64,000 nucleotides of DNA, taken from positions 5,458 through 69,457 of the forward strand of contig CAYOLW010000005.1 in assembly GCA_964404925.1 (NCBI GenBank), read 5' to 3'. Under the pieces are notes generated by a model. That model saw only the letters and a list, made by a program, of their open reading frames with translations, ran no database searches and had not been told where the DNA came from. Made by a program: the position numbers and the translations under genes. This stretch comes from an uncultured Candidatus Saccharibacteria bacterium. GTDB taxonomy: Bacteria; Patescibacteriota; Minisyncoccia; Phycocordibacterales; UBA9973. Positions 57,737 to 64,000 of the stretch are shown one piece after another (the first letter of the stretch is position 1; each line of letters opens with the position of its first letter).

Positions 57737-58768
57737 TTAAGCAACTGTATAAAAACCTTTTTTATCTTTCTTGAAATATTTAGTATTTAGTAGGTTTACT
57801 AAGATAGTGTTCTTCTTGAAATATCTTTCTTTCATCACCTTGTCTACAACTTGGTCTTTGGTCATAGGACCTTCTTTCTCTAAAATATCTCGTATAACAT
57901 CTCGGGCAATACCAGTCTTGTATCCCCATTCTGACAAGGCATATAATCCTCGGCCAACTAATACGAATCGATTGTCTTTGATAAGTTCGTTGTGTACAGT
58001 AGCAAAATGCGTCTTGCGTCCAAACGTTTTTATAATAGAATCTGTAACTTCTTTAAAGTGCATAGGAGAACCATGCTTGCGCATAACCAAAAAAGCGTAG
58101 TCTTTCACACCACGAGTTTTTACATTCTGTGATTCTGACTTACCCCATTCACCAAGAGGATTCTTGCCAATAGATTTAGATAGAGATAACCATCGTTTTG
58201 CAATTTCGTCGTTCTTGTAATCCTCTGCAACGTTCTTCATGTGGTCAAAGAATTTTTTGATCATTTCTGTTTCAGGAACAAGATCTGAGTCATTGAGGCT
58301 GGAGTATAATTTATGCAATGCGGTGTGTACTTCTTCGGCTAGTTCATCGTCTACACTCCATCTGGTTTTAAAGTGGTTATTCTCGCGGTGCTTTTTGAAA
58401 TAATCTGAAAGAGTTAAATGAAAATGAATATGGTTTTGTGTTAGTTCATCTTTAGCTAGGTGTGCAAGTAATTCTGCCTCAACAACAACAGAACCCATAG
58501 ATTTAATTACACCTCTTAGGTCCTCAAAAAAAGATTGCTCCGTTTTGAAAGCCGGAGATTTCTTAATCAAAGATAAGGCTGCTTCTTCAATCTGACGCAC
58601 GCGCTCGCGAGTAATCTTGTATTTCTGACCAATTTCTTCTAGTGTCTTGCGTTCTACATCTTCTGGATTGAGTCCAAAACGATTCATAATAACATCAAGA
58701 GGTCGTTCACCTAGATGAGAGGTTATTTTTTTTGTAATTTGCTTCGGCTTAAAATTTTTGGTTGTCAT
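57737..58768 (-). CDS. Sigma70 region-4 HTH fused to HARE-HTH/RpoE-like winged-helix domains
   Basis: RFGL..TLEEIGQKYKITRERVRQIE; PMHFKE, HNELIKD.RFVLVGRGLYAL.EW. Confidence 0.8.
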   Translation of the reverse strand: MTTKNFKPKQITKKITSHLGERPLDVIMNRFGLNPEDVERKTLEEIGQKYKITRERVRQIEEAALSLIKKSPAFKTEQSFFEDLRGVIKSMGSVVVEAELLAHLAKDELTQNHIHFHLTLSDYFKKHRENNHFKTRWSVDDELAEEVHTALHKLYSSLNDSDLVPETEMIKKFFDHMKNVAEDYKNDEIAKRWLSLSKSIGKNPLGEWGKSESQNVKTRGVKDYAFLVMRKHGSPMHFKEVTDSIIKTFGRKTHFATVHNELIKDNRFVLVGRGLYALSEWGYKTGIARDVIRDILEKEGPMTKDQVVDKVMKERYFKKNTILVNLLNTKYFKKDKKGFYTVA

Positions 58769-58821
58769 TGTTGATGTTATTGTAACAATAAAATGTAAAA
58801 TGTCAGGGCTTATTAATATTT

Positions 58822-60633
58822 TTACTTTGCGCCCTGTCTCTGAGAACGTACTCGGTCAAGCTCGGTCAAAAACTTTTTACGTAATCTGATCGAATTTGGT
58901 GTAATTTCTAGGTATTCGTCTTCCCCCATTACTTCAAGACCTCTTTCAATACTCAGCGCAAATGGAGGTTTCAACACTATTGCATCATCAGTACCAGAGG
59001 CTCGCATGTTGGTAAGCTGTTTACCTTTAATTGGGTTTACAGACATTTCTTCGCCTTTTAAGACGTTACCAATAACCATACCTTCGAAAACTTCAGTACC
59101 GTGATCTATATATAATATACCACGTTCTTGCAAATTGGCAAGGGCAAAGGCCACGGCTTTACCAGCTATCATTGATGTCATTGAGCCGTATTCACGCTTT
59201 TTGATCTCACCAGCATACTCTTTGAAGGCAGTAAACCTGGAAGACATGATTCCCTCACCCTTAGTGTCGATAATAAACTCACCTCGATAACCCAAAAGCC
59301 CCCGAGTTGGTATTTCGAAAATAACACGGACAACACCGTCCTTTTCTATCATAGATTTCATTATTCCTTTTCTCTTGCCTATTTTTTCAATCACAGCTCC
59401 AGAGGATTCAACTGGTACGTCAACAACTAGTTCTTCGTATGGTTCGAGTTTTGTACCGTTTTCTACCTTCACGATAACTTCCGGTTGGGAAACTTGCATT
59501 TCATAACCTTCGCGACGCATGTTTTCAAGAAGTACCGCTAGGTGTAATTCACCGCGACCGTATATCTTGAAAAAGCTTGGACCAAAATTGCTACCCTGCT
59601 CCGGAGAGAAATCCACCCGTAGACCTACGTTCATTTCTAGTTCTTTTTCGAGGCGTTCTTTGAGCTGACGAGATGTAACGAATTTACCTTCACGTCCTGC
59701 AAACGGAGAGTCATTCACTAAAAAATTAAGGGAAAGGGTTGGTTCATCGATAGCGATGTGTGGTAATGCGGGCACAGAATCATCTTCACAGATAGTCTCA
59801 CCGATAAAAATATCTGGTATACCAGCAAAAAGTACAATATCACCAGAGTCAGCAGTTTGTGTTTCTACTCTGTTCAACCCTTCGAAACTAAAAAGTTTAG
59901 AAATTTTACCCGTTCTTTTTTTATCATCGTTCTTCACTATTACTTGTTTAGCAGTATTTATCTGTCCGCCATATACTCGAGCGATAGCCAAACGGCCCAA
60001 GAAATTATCATAACCCAAATTAAAAACTTGAGCAGACATTTTTTCTGAATCATGAGTAGAGGCAACTGGGACTTTTTCTAGAATTAAATCAAGGAGTGGA
60101 GATAGATCTTTTGAATCATCGCCGATTTTGCGGAAAGCTTTACCTTCGCGACCTATTGCATAGATAGTTTCAAAATCAATTTGTTCATTGTTCGCTCCAA
60201 GTTCCAAGAAAAGCTCAAGCACCTCCTCGTGCACACGGTCCGGGTCAGCTGCTGGTTTATCAATTTTGTTAATAACAACGATAGGTTTTAAACCAAGCTC
60301 GAGAGATTTCTTGAGCACGAACCTTGTCTGCGGCATTGGACCTTCAACAGCGTCCACGAGCAGCAACACAGAATCAATAGCGCGAAGTACGCGTTCTACC
60401 TCTGATCCGAAGTCCGCGTGACCTGGTGTGTCCACGATATTGATCTTGGTATCCTTGTATCGGATAGAAGTGTTCTTAGAATAAATGGTAATACCACGCT
60501 CTTTTTCTATAGCGTTTGAGTCCATTGAGAAGTTTAAATCTTTGACTGCCCCGTTCTGCTGCATTAATGCATCGGTTAGGGTTGTCTTGCCGTGGTCCAC
60601 GTGAGCGATAATAGCTATGTTGCGAATTTCCAT
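58822..60633 (-). CDS. typA: Translational GTPase TypA/BipA
   Basis: AHVDHGKTT, DTPGHADF, GRGELHL, EPYE, KQLTNMRASG. Confidence 0.97.
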   Translation of the reverse strand: MEIRNIAIIAHVDHGKTTLTDALMQQNGAVKDLNFSMDSNAIEKERGITIYSKNTSIRYKDTKINIVDTPGHADFGSEVERVLRAIDSVLLLVDAVEGPMPQTRFVLKKSLELGLKPIVVINKIDKPAADPDRVHEEVLELFLELGANNEQIDFETIYAIGREGKAFRKIGDDSKDLSPLLDLILEKVPVASTHDSEKMSAQVFNLGYDNFLGRLAIARVYGGQINTAKQVIVKNDDKKRTGKISKLFSFEGLNRVETQTADSGDIVLFAGIPDIFIGETICEDDSVPALPHIAIDEPTLSLNFLVNDSPFAGREGKFVTSRQLKERLEKELEMNVGLRVDFSPEQGSNFGPSFFKIYGRGELHLAVLLENMRREGYEMQVSQPEVIVKVENGTKLEPYEELVVDVPVESSGAVIEKIGKRKGIMKSMIEKDGVVRVIFEIPTRGLLGYRGEFIIDTKGEGIMSSRFTAFKEYAGEIKKREYGSMTSMIAGKAVAFALANLQERGILYIDHGTEVFEGMVIGNVLKGEEMSVNPIKGKQLTNMRASGTDDAIVLKPPFALSIERGLEVMGEDEYLEITPNSIRLRKKFLTELDRVRSQRQGAK

Positions 60634-60791
60634 GAAAATATTGGTGAATTAATAATTTAAGTTAAACAAAAAGAGCCCACAGGCTCGAATTCATTGCATT
60701 TATAATAGCACACATTTTAAAAATATACAAATACACCTTTATTACCCAGGATTACCCTATGCAGACCCTAAGGGGTTAGAAAGATAAGGCC

Positions 60792-60820
60792 TTGAAATAT
60801 AAAGGTCTTTCCTGTATAAT
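60792..60820 (+). promoter_or_regulatory. sigma70 promoter TTGAAA-17-TATAAT
   Basis: -35 at 60792-60797, -10 at 60815-60820. Confidence 0.65.
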
Positions 60821-60985
60821 ACTCTATTGAATTTTCAAAAAATTCGTTCTTTGACACTCATTCCCAGGCTCAGGCCTCGGGATAAAAATATTTTCGAGTT
60901 ATCTAATAACCCGAAAAAAGTAAACTTTCACCCGCCCTTCCGCCTTCGGAATGGGTATTTCATCATTCATCAAAAATTTTTAAAG

Positions 60986-61552
60986 ATGAAAAAAATCATC
61001 ATTCTCGTAACATCATTTCTTTTTACATTCACCTCATGGTCTCAAAAAACCGACAGCTTAAAAGTCTATGAGTCAAAAAGAGAAGTGGTTTTTAGTTCGT
61101 CGCTATTTACCGAACAGTACAGAACTAAGAACCAATTCTCGACTGATAGTGTAAATTCTTTTGGGTTCGAGGAACGTATGCGACTAAACAGGCGTAAAAT
61201 TAATTCTCTATTTATTTTTCTTGAAATAAAGTATGAGGTTCAAAAATCAGAAGATTTTGCAAACAACGGTCCTTCTAACTTTTTTCACGAAGAAGGTGTC
61301 CAATTTGGTGGTGGATTTGGAAGTAATTTTAAGTTTTTTTCAATCGGTAAAAAAATACACTTTGGAATGGGCCTCGACACAAAATTAGATATTATTAGAT
61401 CTACTGAGTATGGAATTGTAGCAATTACAATGGAGCCGTTCTTGGAACTTTCCTATCATGAGAAATGCTCTTTGGAGGCAGGTCTTAGATTGGACCCTTA
61501 TTTGGCAACATTGAATTGCCCAAGCGTTAGGTTTACGTACCTATTTTTTTAA
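60986..61552 (+). CDS. Secreted hypothetical protein, beta-strand rich, C-terminal Phe
   Basis: Signal peptide MKKIIILVTSFLFTFTSWSQ; ends RFTYLFF; ATG at 60986 preferred. Confidence 0.65.
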   Translation: MKKIIILVTSFLFTFTSWSQKTDSLKVYESKREVVFSSSLFTEQYRTKNQFSTDSVNSFGFEERMRLNRRKINSLFIFLEIKYEVQKSEDFANNGPSNFFHEEGVQFGGGFGSNFKFFSIGKKIHFGMGLDTKLDIIRSTEYGIVAITMEPFLELSYHEKCSLEAGLRLDPYLATLNCPSVRFTYLFF

Positions 61553-61572
61553 AGATTAAATAAACACACTTT

Positions 61573-61611
61573 GCTGGGTCGTGCATGCAGTTGCGCGACC
61601 CGGCTTTTTTA
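61573..61611 (+). terminator. Intrinsic terminator
   Basis: GCTGGGTCGTGCA..TGCGCGACCCGGC followed by a T run. Confidence 0.7.
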
Positions 61612-61677
61612 TTTGACAGAAAGCAAAAATAATGTGAATATCAAAATTAGATTTCAAAAACAAAAAAGCTCTTTACC

Positions 61678-62010
61678 ATGAAAAGAATACTCACCCTGCT
61701 GGCATTTTTATGCTGGCAAACTGCGCACGCACAGGAAAGGTCTTGGCTATTGCAAGCCACTACATTTTCAACTCTTAATGATGGGTATATCATCGAACCC
61801 GAGATTACTTTTGTTTTAGAAGACGAGTTTTCTTTTCATGAATTCTCAATCAATTCCTCTGGAAGTTTTTGCACATTGAATGGAATCGTAGCGGGAAACA
61901 ACTACCCGTATATTTATTTATCATACAATCCTTTCAATTCAACTTCCTATTCAAGTATGGGGGTTTCGCGTGATGTAAATTTGGGGAAGAAAATTGGCGC
62001 AACAGCCTAA
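61678..62010 (+). CDS. Secreted hypothetical protein (possibly truncated)
   Basis: Signal peptide MKRILTLLAFLCWQTAHAQ. Confidence 0.55.
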   Translation: MKRILTLLAFLCWQTAHAQERSWLLQATTFSTLNDGYIIEPEITFVLEDEFSFHEFSINSSGSFCTLNGIVAGNNYPYIYLSYNPFNSTSYSSMGVSRDVNLGKKIGATA

Positions 62011-62033
62011 GCGCGCGAAGGTGTATTTTTTAT

Positions 62034-63167
62034 TTACACTGATTTTGCTACAGCTTGGGCGAGGCCTTTGTCGAACATGGTTGGCAATATCTTTTCAGTG
62101 GTTGGCTTTTTCACAAATTTGGCTATAGCTTCTGCTGCACGGATAAATACAGATTCACTAAATTGTTTTTTCTTATCGATTATTCCACGGAAAAGGCCTG
62201 GGAACCCCAGAGAGTTATTTACTTGGTTTGGAAAGTCTGACCGCCCGGTGGCTATGATGAATACTCCTGCCTTTTTTGCTACATCTGGCAATACTTCTGG
62301 TACTGGGTTTGCAAGGGCGAAAATTATCGGACGCTCGGCCATGCTTTTAATCATTTCAGCGTTTAGCATGTTGGCCTTGGAAAGGCCGATAAATATGTGC
62401 GAACCTTTTAATACCTCTCTCAATTCCCCTTTTTTATTTTCTTTATTTGTTTTCTCAGCCAGTATTTTTTTATATTCATTTAAATCTCCTCGATCTTTAC
62501 ATATCGCACCTTTGGTGTCACACACGATAATATTTTTAAATCCATAAGCAAGTAGCAAATTCGCCACAGCTATTCCAGCGGACCCAGCACCGTTTATGAC
62601 TACGCGGGCATCATCTTTCTTTAGTTTCCTTAATTTAAGTGCATTTATGAGCCCTGCGAGTACCACAGTAGCTGTACCGTGCTGATCATCATGCATAACA
62701 GGAATGTCGAGTTCTTGGCGCAGTCTATCCTCTATTTCAAAGCATCTCGGTGCAGATATATCCTCAAGGTTTATTCCGCCGAAAACTGGAGAAATGTTTT
62801 TCACCGTCTTAATTATCTCTTCAGTGTCTTGGGTATCAAGGCATATGGGGAATGCATCCAAGTTACCGAACTTTTTAAAAATCGCTGCCTTGCCTTCCAT
62901 TACAGGTATAGCACCATAAGCACCTAAATTACCTAGCCCCAGCACCGCTGAGCCATCAGAGATTATTGCTACTGTATTTTTCTTGAGAGTGTACAGATGA
63001 GCATTCTTTTTGTCTTTCGCAACTTCAAGTGACACACCAGCCACGCCAGGAGTATATGCTAGAGATAAATCTTCTTTATTATTTAATTTAACCTTCGGTG
63101 CAAGCTCAATTTTACCTCCATGTTTTTTGTGTAATGCTAAAGATTTTTTGTAGAAATTATTTTGCAT
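62034..63167 (-). CDS. NAD(P)-dependent malic enzyme
   Basis: LAYTPGVA, DGSAVLGLGN, VMEGKA, INLEDI, HDDQHGTA, GAGSAG, TGRSDFPNQVNN. Confidence 0.95.
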   Translation of the reverse strand: MQNNFYKKSLALHKKHGGKIELAPKVKLNNKEDLSLAYTPGVAGVSLEVAKDKKNAHLYTLKKNTVAIISDGSAVLGLGNLGAYGAIPVMEGKAAIFKKFGNLDAFPICLDTQDTEEIIKTVKNISPVFGGINLEDISAPRCFEIEDRLRQELDIPVMHDDQHGTATVVLAGLINALKLRKLKKDDARVVINGAGSAGIAVANLLLAYGFKNIIVCDTKGAICKDRGDLNEYKKILAEKTNKENKKGELREVLKGSHIFIGLSKANMLNAEMIKSMAERPIIFALANPVPEVLPDVAKKAGVFIIATGRSDFPNQVNNSLGFPGLFRGIIDKKKQFSESVFIRAAEAIAKFVKKPTTEKILPTMFDKGLAQAVAKSV

Positions 63168-63183
63168 GTTGGTCAGTATAACA

Positions 63184-63215
63184 TAAAAAATCTGAGCTTT
63201 TACTCAGATTTTTTA
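63184..63215. terminator. Terminator-like hairpin
   Basis: TAAAAAATCTGAG-ctttta-CTCAGATTTTTTA. Confidence 0.65.
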
Positions 63216-63272
63216 CTAAAGTGGTGTCTCTATTGTACCAAGCTCGAACGATTTTTCAAAACAAATAGCTTA

Positions 63273-63560
63273 TCGCACATCCGTGCGCTAAAGCGCCTCT
63301 GTGCGAAGCACAGAGCTTTTCCAAAGGAAAAGGACGGAATGTGCGAATACAAATGCGGACTCGGTTTTGCGAAACTATTTTCTGGGGAAAGGATTCGCAA
63401 AACCGAGACTAATCTTTTTGAAATTCGGCGGGGATTTTGGATTTCGCCCGCGCGGAGGAGGGGTCTGGGGAGGAATCCGCGCGGGCTCGCTTTTGGATTT
63501 TTTGGCGGGGCGGGCATTAAGAAAGAAAATACAGAATATTGAAATCTCGGCAAAGCCGAG
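63273..63560. other. GC-rich multi-hairpin non-coding element
   Basis: Branched stem at 63273-63346 and hairpins at 63360-63407, 63446-63486, 63546-63560. Confidence 0.65.
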
Positions 63561-63618
63561 ATACAACATTTAGTATTGTGCTTGACCCACCCTCCCGTTC
63601 GCGCACAAAAATTGCTCC

Positions 63619-63999
63619 CTATTTTTTAGAATAATGTTTATCAAACTCTTTAAAAATTTTAGGGGTATAAAAATCTTGTTTAGAACTCTTTGGATTTTTA
63701 GGATTTAGTTTTCTTGTCATAGAGAAATTTTTGGTCATCAACCCTCTACGAATTTTATGATATTTTTGATTCGATCTAAAATCAGAATATCTTTTCTTTA
63801 GTTCGTCTGTTAGGGAATTATAATCTAAAGAAAATTCTTTCAAAAGTTCGTCTTCATTAATTCGCATTGCAGGAGCGTTTGGGTCATCAGTTATTCTTAT
63901 ATTTGTTTCTGTAAAATTTTTATTCTTACCGATAATCGAAACAGGTCTGACTTCACCAATCAATTTAAGAACGGGTCGCCCTTTTTCTTTAAAACTTCC
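63619..63999 (-). CDS. Partial hypothetical protein (5' end beyond the window); C-terminus resembles a domain seen in DUF3644-type proteins
   Basis: Frame open to the window edge; ITDDPNAP..LDY..L...LKKRYSDF..N.KY..RKLNPKNPKS. Confidence 0.55.
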   Translation of the reverse strand, partial: GSFKEKGRPVLKLIGEVRPVSIIGKNKNFTETNIRITDDPNAPAMRINEDELLKEFSLDYNSLTDELKKRYSDFRSNQKYHKIRRGLMTKNFSMTRKLNPKNPKSSKQDFYTPKIFKEFDKHYSKK

Positions 64000-64000
64000 T

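Noticed and set aside
63162-63573. Four overlapping ORFs
   Set aside because: By-products of GC-rich palindromic DNA; no recognisable protein features.

Overview
AT-rich bacterial chromosome segment. The gene content (short AlaRS, short RelA, HTH-MurA fusion, PaaX-like regulator, FtsA-like plus baseplate-J-like pair, two VirD4-like ATPases, -10 boxes right before start codons) suggests a Patescibacteria/CPR genome, probably Parcubacteria; this is an inference. Core genes: dprA, topA, relA, parB, murA, miaA, rpmG, alr, a double-length ddl, grpE/dnaK/dnaJ, the infA-rpmJ-rpsM-rpsK-rpsD-rpoA-rplQ-rplM-rpsI block, alaS, mnmA, mltG, typA, malic enzyme, tRNA-Leu(CAA) and tRNA-Trp(CCA). The most striking feature is a tandem array of four small (0.8-1.2 kb) cargo cassettes stacked on the 3' end of tRNA-Trp (about 16.2-20.2 kb). 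Each junction has a copy of the tRNA 3' end, an invariant 14-mer (TGGATTTCAGAACT) and an arm that is conserved at the protein level (..VWISEL..). No integrase is present in the window. Other notable features: short GC-rich palindromes inserted in frame in housekeeping genes, an aspartate-semialdehyde-route spermidine cluster, several deletion scars, candidate autoregulatory operators, and a second island-end-like structured region at the right edge. All product calls come from motif recognition by eye; no searches were run.
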